From Bacteroidales bacterium (GTDB lineage Bacteria; Bacteroidota; Bacteroidia; Bacteroidales; WCHB1-69), in the NCBI GenBank assembly GCA_017964255.1, contig JAGCSI010000034.1, positions 9,992 to 73,991 of the forward strand: DNA of 64,000 nt, in the 5' to 3' direction. Positions 8,833 through 17,519 of the stretch are shown piece after piece; position 1 is the stretch's first letter, and every line of letters begins with the position of its first letter. A program made the position numbers and the translations under genes. A model generated the notes under the pieces. The model made no database searches. It saw only the letters and a list, made by a program, of their open reading frames with translations, and had not been told where the DNA came from.

Positions 8833-10308
8833 TTAGAGATTAAAGTTTGCTTTTATTTCTTCGGTGTCATCAAAGTGATGTTTCACGTGGTTGATTTCCT
8901 GATAGTTCTCGTGGCCTTTACCGGCAACCAGCAGCACATCCTTGCCTTGCATCAGCATGCAGGCGGTCTTGATGGCCTCGTGGCGGTTCTCGATGACCAG
9001 CACCTTGCGTTTTTGGTCGGCGCCCACTCCTTGAAGCATGTCGTTGAGGATGTCCTCGGGTTTCTCGGTACGGGGATTGTCGGAGGTCAGGATGACCTTG
9101 TCGCTGTATTCGCAGGCGATGGCGGCCATCTCTGGGCGTTTCAGCTTGTCGCGGTCACCACCGCATCCTACCACGGTGATGATGTTCACGCTGTGCTGCG
9201 TGATGTCGGTGATGGTGGAGAGCACGTTCTTCAGTGCGTCGGGGGTATGGGCGTAATCAACAATGGCAGAACCTCCTTCAGTATTGCGGATCAGCTGGAA
9301 ACGGCCGGCAGCGCTACCCAAGCCACTCATTTGCTGTAATACCTCGGCGGAATCCATACCCAGCAGGATGGCGGCACCGTAAATGGCCAGCAGGTTGTAG
9401 GCATTGAAGCGGCCACATAATTTGAAATACACTTCCTGTCCATTGATGGTCATCTGCAGACCAGTGAAGTCATTGTCCAAAATAACTCCTTTGAAATCAG
9501 CAGTTTTCAGCAAACTGTAAGTCTTGACTTTGGCCCTGCTGTTTTGTGTCATCACCAGGCCGTTCTTGTCATCAATGTTGGTCAGAGCGAAAGCGTTTTC
9601 AGGCAGTTCGTCGAAGAATTTCTTCTTGGCTTTGATGTATTCGGCAAAGGTTTTATGATAGTCCAAATGGTCGTGGGTAATGTTGCTGAAAATGCCTCCG
9701 GCGAAATGTAATCCCGCGATGCGGTGCTGGCAGATGGCGTGTGAGCTGACTTCCATGAAGCAGTACTGGCAGCCAGCTTCCACCATGCGGTGAAGCAGTT
9801 CGTTCAGCACGATGGCGTCGGGGGTGGTGTGTGTAGTGGGGATGACTTCGTTTACAATGCGGTTTTCAATGGTGGAAAGCAGTCCGGTGGGGTAACCCAT
9901 GCTGTTGAACAAGCGGTACAGCAGGGTGACGGTAGTGGTTTTGCCATTGGTGCCGGTGATGCCCACCAAATGCAGTTTCTGGCTGGGGAAATCATAAAAA
10001 GCACTGGCCAACAATCCAAGGGCGATGTCACTGTTAGGCACCTTGATGAAGGTGACATCCTGAGGTAGAGACGTTTCCTGAAACGTCTCTGCAGGAATCT
10101 CTTCGCAAACAATCATTCTGCCGCCCTGTTCAATGACTTTGCCGATGAAACTGTGGCCATCCACATGGGTGCCACGCTGGGCGACAAACAAGGTGTTAGC
10201 ATCGTTTGCTTTGCGCGAGTCAAAGGTGATGTTCTCCACCTGACGCTCGGCAGATCCTATGAGTTCATATTTTCCAATGTGTTGCAATAAAAAAGATAAG
10301 GTTTTCAT
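8833..10308 (-). CDS. murE: UDP-N-acetylmuramoyl-L-alanyl-D-glutamate--2,6-diaminopimelate ligase
   Basis: 491 aa. P-loop GITGTNGKTTT and a DNPR motif (TSDNPRTEKPEDI) typical of DAP-adding MurE. Confidence 0.95.
   Translation of the reverse strand: MKTLSFLLQHIGKYELIGSAERQVENITFDSRKANDANTLFVAQRGTHVDGHSFIGKVIEQGGRMIVCEEIPAETFQETSLPQDVTFIKVPNSDIALGLLASAFYDFPSQKLHLVGITGTNGKTTTVTLLYRLFNSMGYPTGLLSTIENRIVNEVIPTTHTTPDAIVLNELLHRMVEAGCQYCFMEVSSHAICQHRIAGLHFAGGIFSNITHDHLDYHKTFAEYIKAKKKFFDELPENAFALTNIDDKNGLVMTQNSRAKVKTYSLLKTADFKGVILDNDFTGLQMTINGQEVYFKLCGRFNAYNLLAIYGAAILLGMDSAEVLQQMSGLGSAAGRFQLIRNTEGGSAIVDYAHTPDALKNVLSTITDITQHSVNIITVVGCGGDRDKLKRPEMAAIACEYSDKVILTSDNPRTEKPEDILNDMLQGVGADQKRKVLVIENRHEAIKTACMLMQGKDVLLVAGKGHENYQEINHVKHHFDDTEEIKANFNL
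10065..10092. repeat. 28-bp palindrome family B, copy inside murE coding sequence
   Basis: gtagagacgtttcctgaaacgtctctgc differs from the intergenic consensus at 2 positions. It is translated in-frame as AETFQETSL in the MurE N-terminal domain. Confidence 0.85.
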
Positions 10309-10326
10309 TGCTATTGTTTGTTTAGT

Positions 10327-12582
10327 TTATTCCAGATAAAGTGTTACAGTGTTGGTGGCCGTGTTCAAATCCTGACGGTGTACCACGCCATAGCCTTTTA
10401 TTTTCACTTGATAGCCGGCGCGTGTCAGTTCGCTGACAGCATCAGCCGCAATCATATCTGTCACATCAGGCATCTTGTCGCCGTTTTTGAAACGAGGTTT
10501 TTTCAGCATCACGGAGTAGTCTTCGCGCAAGCCGGAGGTGACGTAGGGCACCGGCAGTTGACTGTCAGGATAAGCGATGCCCAGTTGTTTCATGAGGAAC
10601 TTGTATTGTTCAGTGTTGACCACGTAGGTTCTGGGTGTTTTGGTGTTTTGATTATGATTGACAGTTTGCAATGCGCCATAGCCATTGTTGCCGGTGTTCA
10701 TAATATTTCTGGCAATACGAGCGAAGACATCTACAGCAATGGAACTTTTTTTGGACACATTGTACATGAAAACCAGACAGGTGTATTTTGGGGTGTCGGC
10801 GGGGAAATATCCGCAAAAAGAAACGCTGTTCTTGCTGTAGTTGTATGCTTTGAGTTCCTCGTCCCAGATGTCACGGGTACCGGTTTTACCAGCAAAAGTT
10901 ATTATTGTGTCTCGGTAAGGGCGGGCAGTGCCATGTTCGCCGTAGACCACTGCTTTCAGGTAGCTTTTTGCCTTGGCAATAGTTTGTGGACTGCATATTT
11001 TCTCGTTGAGGACTTCTGCTTGGAAGGTTTCTAGGGGTTCAGTCTCGTGAGCTTTGGTGATGTATTTGACGAAGAGTGGTGCAAGCATTTTGCCGTTGTT
11101 GGCGATGGCATTGTAATACACCAAAGTCTGGATGGGGGTCATGGTGAATCCAGCCCCATAGCAGGTGTTGTAATAGGTATGAAAATCTTTGGCATTACGC
11201 TTGAGATTGGGAGCCTGAATCTTACCTAATTGTGTGGAGAAAGAGGTGGTGATGTATAGTTGGTCGATTTTTTTCAAGTAATTTTTATAGTTATTATCGC
11301 CGAAGGCATCAAAGATCATGGAAGCAATACCGACATTGGAGGAACGCTGGATAATTTCACTGGGATAAGCGTAAATATTTTTGTGGTTATTGTCGTCATA
11401 GGAACTTTTGTCATATTTGTGGTACACGTATGTCCTGCTATTGTCTTTGTTTGTTCTTTTGAAATCATGACACAAAATGTGATAGGCCTTGTTATCATCA
11501 CCATGTCTCTGTTCCAGGTAGGCGAGGGCAGAGGCAATCTTGAAAGTGGAACCTGGCTCCACCATCTTGTGCAGCACGTATTCATCGCTTTCAGTATAGT
11601 CACTTCCGTCACGGTTGGCCCGGCGCAGGTTGCAAATGGCTTTGATTTCTCCGGTCTCGGTTTCCATCACCACTGCGCAACCCCATTCTGCATTTTGTTC
11701 TATTAGTTTGGCTTTTAATTCATTGTGGACGATATTCTGAATTTCCAGATTCAAGGTGGTATGGATATCGTAACCGTCAACAGGCTCCACATATTCATTC
11801 AGGGGAAGACGGGCTTTGTTGACATACAGATATTTGCGGGAGCCTTCAATGCCGGCAAGCTGTTCGTTGAAGTAGTACTCCATGCCATACTGGCGGTCGC
11901 CGATGTTCAGGCCTAAAGTTCGTTTGGCAAGGTCTCCATAGGGGTTGATGCGCACGGTATGGTAGGTGTAGTTGACACAGCGTTTGCAGGGTTTCTCGGA
12001 GAACATGGGCAGATGATTGATAAAAGCAGTGTCCTCGGAGGTGACCCATCGCTGCTCATTGCTTTCGTTAGACTGTAGGATGAGCGCATTGCTTTGCTCT
12101 ATCAAGGCACGGGTGAATTTTTTACGATAGTATTGCAGGTCGTTTTTGGGGAATTTGTCTTTGAAATGATTATAGAATTCCGCACTCAGTGTCTCAACCA
12201 ATTTGTTCAGCTTGGCGGCGGAATGAACATATATGGTGTCTTTGGAGCCGAAAATACGGCCATCCAGCGTGAGGTCGAAAACGGTGACATTGCTGACCAG
12301 CACGTGATTCTGATCGTCATAGATCTCTCCTCTGACAGGGCGCACGTTGTTGGCTATCACATAGCAGTCGCAGGTCGAGTCCTGGGCGAGGGGGTTCTGC
12401 TTCCAGTCTTCCTGGGTTTTGTCGAGGCATTTGGAGGAGGTGCCACTATAAAGTGAGCGTTGGAAAATGACAAGATACAGGATTTTGCCGAAACAGCAAA
12501 CACCCAGCAACAACACCAGAAACAGGATGACTCCCATTCTCGTGTTGAAACGTTTGTTTCCCATGTTTTCGTTATTCTGCAT
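10327..12582 (-). CDS. ftsI: penicillin-binding protein (FtsI-type class B transpeptidase)
   Basis: 751 aa with an N-terminal membrane anchor. Transpeptidase motifs STFK (EPGSTFK), SSN (RSSNVG) and KTG (AGKTGT). Confidence 0.9.
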   Translation of the reverse strand: MQNNENMGNKRFNTRMGVILFLVLLLGVCCFGKILYLVIFQRSLYSGTSSKCLDKTQEDWKQNPLAQDSTCDCYVIANNVRPVRGEIYDDQNHVLVSNVTVFDLTLDGRIFGSKDTIYVHSAAKLNKLVETLSAEFYNHFKDKFPKNDLQYYRKKFTRALIEQSNALILQSNESNEQRWVTSEDTAFINHLPMFSEKPCKRCVNYTYHTVRINPYGDLAKRTLGLNIGDRQYGMEYYFNEQLAGIEGSRKYLYVNKARLPLNEYVEPVDGYDIHTTLNLEIQNIVHNELKAKLIEQNAEWGCAVVMETETGEIKAICNLRRANRDGSDYTESDEYVLHKMVEPGSTFKIASALAYLEQRHGDDNKAYHILCHDFKRTNKDNSRTYVYHKYDKSSYDDNNHKNIYAYPSEIIQRSSNVGIASMIFDAFGDNNYKNYLKKIDQLYITTSFSTQLGKIQAPNLKRNAKDFHTYYNTCYGAGFTMTPIQTLVYYNAIANNGKMLAPLFVKYITKAHETEPLETFQAEVLNEKICSPQTIAKAKSYLKAVVYGEHGTARPYRDTIITFAGKTGTRDIWDEELKAYNYSKNSVSFCGYFPADTPKYTCLVFMYNVSKKSSIAVDVFARIARNIMNTGNNGYGALQTVNHNQNTKTPRTYVVNTEQYKFLMKQLGIAYPDSQLPVPYVTSGLREDYSVMLKKPRFKNGDKMPDVTDMIAADAVSELTRAGYQVKIKGYGVVHRQDLNTATNTVTLYLE

Positions 12583-12943
12583 CTTCTTTCGGAGTTTGTA
12601 CTATGATTTTATATATTCGCTTGTCATTTTTCTCGAAACCTCTGTTGTTCAGCATCTGTTTCAGCTCCTGGTTTTGATCATACAGGATGTACTGGTTGTT
12701 GTGTTTCAGTGCGCTGATAGTCTGCTTGTATTCAGTTTCCAACTGTTTGATTTTTTGTCTTTTGGTATCCATGTTGTGTTCGTTCAGCACAATCAGAATC
12801 ATCAGCAGGAAAACGTAGGTGATGTAAGGATACCAGCGGACGGTTTCCGGAGCAAACAGGAAGTCGCCGGAAATCAGTTGTTTCCAGAAGCTGTCGCCCT
12901 TGGTTTTGGGCTCTTTGGGTTCCTGTTTGCTGGTGGTTATCAT
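12572..12943 (-). CDS. ftsL: FtsL-like cell-division protein
   Basis: 123 aa from the ATG at 12943. One TM segment (WYPYITYVFLLMILIVL) followed by a coiled-coil-like region. The 204-aa ORF-track version would overlap rsmH by 238 nt. Confidence 0.6.
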   Translation of the reverse strand: MITTSKQEPKEPKTKGDSFWKQLISGDFLFAPETVRWYPYITYVFLLMILIVLNEHNMDTKRQKIKQLETEYKQTISALKHNNQYILYDQNQELKQMLNNRGFEKNDKRIYKIIVQTPKEDAE

Positions 12944-12948
12944 GTTTG

Positions 12949-13848
12949 TTATTTTTTTTCTGCGACTCTTAATTTTGCGCTTCTGGCACGGGGGTTGACG
13001 GCTATTTCGTCCTCGTCGGGGATTACGGCCTTCCGGGTAATCAGGGTGAACGGGGTCATCAGGTTGCCGAAAAAGTCTTTGTCGGCTTCGCCTTCGAATT
13101 TTCCCGATCGCATGAAGTTCTTCACCAGTCGGTCTTCCAGCGAATGGTAGGCGATGACCACCAGCCGGCCTCCCGGTTTCAGGCATTCCACCGTTTGGCT
13201 TAAGAATTCTTTCAGCACAGCCATCTCGTCATTCACCTCTATTCTGATGGCTTGGAAAAGCTGCGATAGCACTTTGTTTTCCTTGCCTTTTGGGAGCATT
13301 GGTGTTACTGCGGCGACCAGCTGGGCAGTGGTGGCGATTTCGGCTTTCTCGCGCTCGCTCACAATCTGGCGCGCCAACTGTTTGCCGTTGGGCAGTTCGC
13401 CGTAGGTGTAGAACATGGCAGCCAAACGTTCTGGGGCATAGCCGTTGATAATCTCGCGGGCGGAAACCTCTTTCTGCTGGTTCATGCGCATGTCCAAAGC
13501 ACCGTCAAAGCGGTGCGAAAATCCCCGTTCCGCTGTGTCGAACTGGTAGGACGACACCCCGAGGTCGGCCAAAATGCCGTCGGCGGGACAACATTTATAA
13601 TATTGGGCGAATTTTTTCAGATGGCGAAAATTGCTTGGAACAAATTGGAAGCGTTCGTCATCTATAATATTATGTTGTGCGTCAGGGTCTTGGTCGAAGG
13701 CCAGCAAATGTCCGGCAGGATTCAGGCTTTCCAAAATTTTCCGGGAATGCCCGCCACCGCCGAAGGTGACATCGATATAGGAGCCGGAGGGATTGGTGAC
13801 CAGTTGCTGTATGGATTCCTCAAGGAGGACCGGGTTATGGTATGTCAT
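12949..13848 (-). CDS. rsmH: 16S rRNA (cytosine1402-N4)-methyltransferase
   Basis: Starts MTYHNPVLL (typical RsmH N-terminus) with a SAM-binding loop DVTFGGGGHS. The upstream alternative start at 13884 would overlap mraZ by 50 nt. Confidence 0.9.
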   Translation of the reverse strand: MTYHNPVLLEESIQQLVTNPSGSYIDVTFGGGGHSRKILESLNPAGHLLAFDQDPDAQHNIIDDERFQFVPSNFRHLKKFAQYYKCCPADGILADLGVSSYQFDTAERGFSHRFDGALDMRMNQQKEVSAREIINGYAPERLAAMFYTYGELPNGKQLARQIVSEREKAEIATTAQLVAAVTPMLPKGKENKVLSQLFQAIRIEVNDEMAVLKEFLSQTVECLKPGGRLVVIAYHSLEDRLVKNFMRSGKFEGEADKDFFGNLMTPFTLITRKAVIPDEDEIAVNPRARSAKLRVAEKK

Positions 13849-14323
13849 TGCCTTCCTCCTTTCGCGCAGTATTAAATTGGCCAAGGTGAATGGCCTCGTT
13901 CAACTTGTTCAATTCTTCTGGGGTCATGTCGAACTCTTTGTGGTATGCCTCACTGTCCCAAACGTCAATTTTGCCGTCGTCTAAAATCATTACTACCTCA
14001 CGATCAATATTATAGTATTCCATGAAGAATTTTGGAATGACAAGGCGGCTTTGTGAGTCACATTCCACAAGGGTATTGCGCGTAAGAAATGCGTTGCGGT
14101 ATTTCTTGATTGCTATGATGTTTCTATCCAAAGAATTAAGGAAATCCATCTGTTTCTCGTAGGCCTTCATGGTCCATAAGGTCACATGATTGCCGAAACC
14201 AGGGGTAGCCATAAAACAACTGCGGTCATCTTCGTCCAATGACTTCAAGAGCATGGTGGGCAATTTCACACGCCCATGCTTCTCGATGGCAGCTTCATAA
14301 TAACCTTGATTGAATTTTGGCAT
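13835..14323 (-). CDS. mraZ: division/cell wall cluster transcriptional regulator MraZ
   Basis: 162 aa. Two MraZ/AbrB-like half-domains (GRVKLP..., SRLVIPKFF); first gene of the dcw cluster. Confidence 0.85.
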   Translation of the reverse strand: MPKFNQGYYEAAIEKHGRVKLPTMLLKSLDEDDRSCFMATPGFGNHVTLWTMKAYEKQMDFLNSLDRNIIAIKKYRNAFLTRNTLVECDSQSRLVIPKFFMEYYNIDREVVMILDDGKIDVWDSEAYHKEFDMTPEELNKLNEAIHLGQFNTARKEEGNDIP

Positions 14324-14346
14324 TTTTTTCTTTGGTTTTATCGTGG

Positions 14347-14354
14347 CAAAGATA
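14347..14354 (-). promoter_or_regulatory. Bacteroidota -7 box (TAtcTTTG on minus strand) for mraZ
   Basis: caaagata lies 24 nt upstream of the mraZ ATG (14323). Confidence 0.55.
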
Positions 14355-14857
14355 TATCTTTTTTCAATACTTTTTCCACAATTTTTCCTTTTTAGTCAAA
14401 AAAAGATAATATTGTAATGTAAATATCTGAAAATCAGTGTGGAAAAAAATGGTAATTTTTTCGAATTTAAAGGATTAATAAGCTAAAATATTGATTTTTC
14501 AGTAGATAAAGTTATATAATTTAATAAATCATAACTTTTTAAAAATCAATACTATATAAGAAATAAATGGAGGTCTTTCCAAAATTTTCCACAATAGATT
14601 GTTGATTTTCGGAGAAATCTGGAAAAAAATGGAAACTTTTGGAGCGGGAAGGAAAGTTATCAACAAAAAAACGACCCGAAGGTCGTTATGCTTTCCACAG
14701 GGGAATGTTGATTAATTAACAAATTGGTTAATTAGCAAATAAGCAAATGATTTTAATGTGCTAATGTGCAAATTGATGATTACGATTTGCTCGAATGAGG
14801 CTCGAAAACGGCCTCAAAGAGGTCGAATCTTAGTAACCCCGCACGTAAGTGTGGGGT

Positions 14858-15187
14858 CTAGAACATCACAATCTTCAGGTACTCCACCAGCACTGCGGCG
14901 AGGACCGCTCCGATGGCGACAGTGAGCAGGTCACGTTTGCGCCACGACATGATGAGCGCTACCACCGTGGCGACAACACCCGAGGTGAGACTTTTGGTAG
15001 AATATATGACATCGGGGAAGGTCATGGCAGCCAGTACGCAGAAGGGGATGTAGAACATGAAATCCTTGAACCAGCGGTTTTCTAATTTGCGGTGGAACAC
15101 AGCCATGGGCGTCACCCTGATGAAATAGGTGGTGAGGGCCATGACAGCCAACATGATGCCTGCGGTGGAGAAAGTGAATTGGCTCAT
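14858..15187 (-). CDS. azlD: AzlD-family branched-chain amino acid transport protein
   Basis: 109-aa hydrophobic protein. It overlaps the AzlC stop by 4 nt, the classic azlCD pairing. Confidence 0.8.
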   Translation of the reverse strand: MSQFTFSTAGIMLAVMALTTYFIRVTPMAVFHRKLENRWFKDFMFYIPFCVLAAMTFPDVIYSTKSLTSGVVATVVALIMSWRKRDLLTVAIGAVLAAVLVEYLKIVMF

Positions 15188-16116
15188 CGTGCCACCTCCT
15201 TTCTCTCTGCCTCATCGGCAACCTCGTCGGTTTTGAAGAAAGTGGCGCAGAGGGAAGCTGCTCCAATAGCGGAGATAATCAGCGACCAGCCACCACCGTT
15301 CTGTGAAATCTGGTTGATGCCAGGCACATATTTGAACATGCACGACAGTGCCGAGGCAATCAGTATAGAGTAGAATATCTTCTTGTTGGTTTTGGAGGGC
15401 GGCACAATGATGGCGATGAACATGCAGTACAAGGCAATGCCCATGCAGGCCTGTACCATGGCGGGCATCAGCTCGGCGGCAAAGGCACCCAGCACCGTGC
15501 CCAGCGTCCAGCCGACAATTGGGCATGTCATCAGGCCGGTAAAGAAACGGAAGCTGACATCCTCTTTCTCCATGGCTGCCAGCGCGAAAATCTCGTCCGT
15601 CACGCCGAATGCCATGATACAGCGTTTGTAGGTCGGCATTTTTGGGTCTATCTTTTGCGTCAGCGAGAGGCTCATCAGGAAGTAGCGGATGTTCACCACC
15701 AGGGTGGTCATGGCCAGTTCGATGGCAGGAGCGCCACCGGCAATCATGCGGATGCCGGCAAACTGACCGGCAGAAGCCAGGTTGGTGAGCGAGATGAAGA
15801 CCGCTACCCAGGGGTCGAAGCCCATCTGCACGGCCACCAAACCGAAAGTGAACGACACGGGTACATAGCCCAAGCCGATGGATTTGCCCAACGACAAGCC
15901 CCGCATATAGTCGTTTTTCGGTTGGTCCTTACGGGATCTGCGTCTCAGGACCTTGATCAGGAGGGGGAGACGGCGCACAATCAAGAGGTCATTGACCTGC
16001 TCGCGCAAACGCCGGTTGAACTTGTCGCGCCTCCATTTCATGGCGCGCAAGGTGGCTTTTCGGCGCGAACCGCGTCGGCTGCTTACACTCTTGATTTTTT
16101 TATTTTCTTTTACCAC
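15184..16116 (-). CDS. azlC: AzlC-family branched-chain amino acid permease component (start uncertain)
   Basis: The polytopic core starts near MRGLSLGKSIGLGYVPVSF. The longest ORF uses a GTG at 16116 and adds about 70 Arg/Lys-rich residues. In-frame ATGs at residues 26 and 71 are alternative starts. Confidence 0.75.
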   Translation of the reverse strand: MVKENKKIKSVSSRRGSRRKATLRAMKWRRDKFNRRLREQVNDLLIVRRLPLLIKVLRRRSRKDQPKNDYMRGLSLGKSIGLGYVPVSFTFGLVAVQMGFDPWVAVFISLTNLASAGQFAGIRMIAGGAPAIELAMTTLVVNIRYFLMSLSLTQKIDPKMPTYKRCIMAFGVTDEIFALAAMEKEDVSFRFFTGLMTCPIVGWTLGTVLGAFAAELMPAMVQACMGIALYCMFIAIIVPPSKTNKKIFYSILIASALSCMFKYVPGINQISQNGGGWSLIISAIGAASLCATFFKTDEVADEAERKEVAR

Positions 16117-16156
16117 AGTTATTTATGCCGTTTTTATAGGCTCAATTTTCAGAGTG

Positions 16157-16164
16157 CAAAAGTA
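16157..16164 (-). promoter_or_regulatory. Bacteroidota -7 box (TActTTTG on minus strand)
   Basis: caaaagta lies 41 nt upstream of the GTG at 16116. Confidence 0.45.
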
Positions 16165-16174
16165 ATGTTTTTTT

Positions 16175-16306
16175 TAATTAGCTAATTAGCAAATTAGTTA
16201 ATTAGCAAATTAGCAAATGATTTTTGGGAGTCTCATGCTAAGCATTCGAGGGAGAGTTGTAAATGTGCTAATTGAATTTTGAATTCTATTCAATGTGCCA
16301 ATTGAA
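16175..16306. repeat. mosaic of octamer (AATTAGCA) tract, 30-bp C element and heptamer tract
   Basis: taattagc taattagc aaattagt taattagc aaattagc (16175-16219). C element gggagtctcatgctaagcattcgagggagag (16226-16256). Heptamers aaatgtg ctaattg aattttg aattcta ttcaatg tgccaat run up to the stop at 16308. Confidence 0.8.
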
Positions 16307-16307
16307 A

Positions 16308-17285
16308 TCAAAACCGAAGCCTCACAAACACCGGATAGTGATCCGAAGGATTGCGGCGGGTGTATGAGTTGAAGGAAATTTCCTGTGGCGCATCTAAGGC
16401 CTTTTTGCTTTCGTCCGACTGCTCGTTAGGAGTCCAATAACTGTTGGTGAACACTCCGTAAGCTTCCACCTGTGTGGAGGGGGACACAAATACATGGTCG
16501 ATGCGGCTTTGGGTGAAATATTCCGTTTTGAAAGCATTGAAGGTGCCGTTTTCCGCAAAACGTATGCGGGCGGCATCATAGGAGTCTTTCAGCAGTCCCG
16601 ACTGGGAGAAAATAGTGTATATCTCATCGTTTTGGTCCACATTGAAATCGCCGGTGAGGATGACGGGAAGACCGTCGGTCATCTCTTTGATACGCTTCAT
16701 CACCAGCTTGGCCGCCTCGCGTCGGGCTACCACGCCCACATGGTCCATGTGTAGGTTGAAGTAATAAAAGGTTTGGGCGTCCTTATTGGGACTGTCGGAC
16801 CGTTTGTCGGCAGCGTCGTTTTGTGCGGTCTTCACCGAGAACTTGCCCCAGGTGCAGATGCGGATACAGGCCGCGTCCCAACCCAATGCGGGCTTGTCGG
16901 GCGTTTCGTTGAGCCAGAAGTCTCCATGGTCGAGGAGCTGGAGTTGGTCTTTCTTGTAGAAGATGGCCTCGTGTTCGCCGCCATGTTTGCCGTCGTCACG
17001 CCCGATGCCGATGTAGTCGTAGCCGTCCAAAGCTTTTTGCATATCGAGAAGCTGGCTATACAATACCTCCTGGGTGCCGAAAATGACGGGGGCCATGAAG
17101 TTAATCTGGTCGCAGATGACCTGGCAACGCTTTGGCCACAGATTGCCCTGCACACTGTCGTTCCAGTTCTTATAGCGTATGTTGTAGCTGCCTACAAGCA
17201 TCTCCTGAGCGGAGACAAAAATGACAAGAAACAGGAAAAATCCGAAGAATATCAGTCTTTTCTGAAAAATAAAGTTTTTGTTCAT
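16308..17285 (-). CDS. endonuclease/exonuclease/phosphatase (EEP) family protein, secreted
   Basis: 325 aa with a signal-peptide-like N-terminus. C-terminal SDHYPVFV motif typical of the EEP fold. Confidence 0.8.
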   Translation of the reverse strand: MNKNFIFQKRLIFFGFFLFLVIFVSAQEMLVGSYNIRYKNWNDSVQGNLWPKRCQVICDQINFMAPVIFGTQEVLYSQLLDMQKALDGYDYIGIGRDDGKHGGEHEAIFYKKDQLQLLDHGDFWLNETPDKPALGWDAACIRICTWGKFSVKTAQNDAADKRSDSPNKDAQTFYYFNLHMDHVGVVARREAAKLVMKRIKEMTDGLPVILTGDFNVDQNDEIYTIFSQSGLLKDSYDAARIRFAENGTFNAFKTEYFTQSRIDHVFVSPSTQVEAYGVFTNSYWTPNEQSDESKKALDAPQEISFNSYTRRNPSDHYPVFVRLRF

Positions 17286-17306
17286 GTAAGGTCATTTTAT
17301 TTTCCG

Positions 17307-17314
17307 CAAAAATA
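17307..17314 (-). promoter_or_regulatory. Bacteroidota -7 box (TAttTTTG on minus strand)
   Basis: caaaaata lies 22 nt upstream of the ATG at 17285. Confidence 0.5.
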
Positions 17315-17486
17315 CGTAAAAAACACATATTTCTGATCTTAAAAAGACTCCCCTCGAACGCAGTGCGAGATTTCCCCAAATTTTCTCATTTGCTAATTTA
17401 CTAATTAACCTATTTGCTAATTCTCTTCAACATTTCCCTGTGTATAAATACTATCCTCTTTTTGAAAATAGAGGGCAATATCCTTT

Positions 17487-17494
17487 TATTTTTG
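17487..17494 (+). promoter_or_regulatory. Bacteroidota -7 box (TAttTTTG)
   Basis: tatttttg lies 26 nt upstream of the ATG at 17520. Confidence 0.5.
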
Positions 17495-17519
17495 TAAGTT
17501 ATAGTAAAGTAGTAAATTA

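Noticed and set aside
12572-13186. 204-aa version of the ftsL-like ORF
   Set aside because: The N-terminal 81 codons overlap rsmH by 238 nt in another frame and are Arg/Pro-rich nonsense-like sequence. The internal ATG at 12943, 6 nt after the rsmH stop, gives a normal FtsL-sized bitopic protein.
14641-14727. 28-aa plus-strand ORF (METFGAGRKVINKKTTRRSLCFPQGNVD) in the mraZ upstream region
   Set aside because: It is short and overlaps a hairpin and repeat boxes. It has no signal, no conservation evidence and no promoter box in the right place, so it is most likely non-coding.
15907-16116. 70-aa Arg/Lys-rich N-terminal extension of AzlC as a novel domain
   Set aside because: It depends on a GTG start. 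In-frame ATGs further downstream give a normal-length AzlC, and the composition looks like out-of-context translation. It is kept only as a start-site ambiguity.
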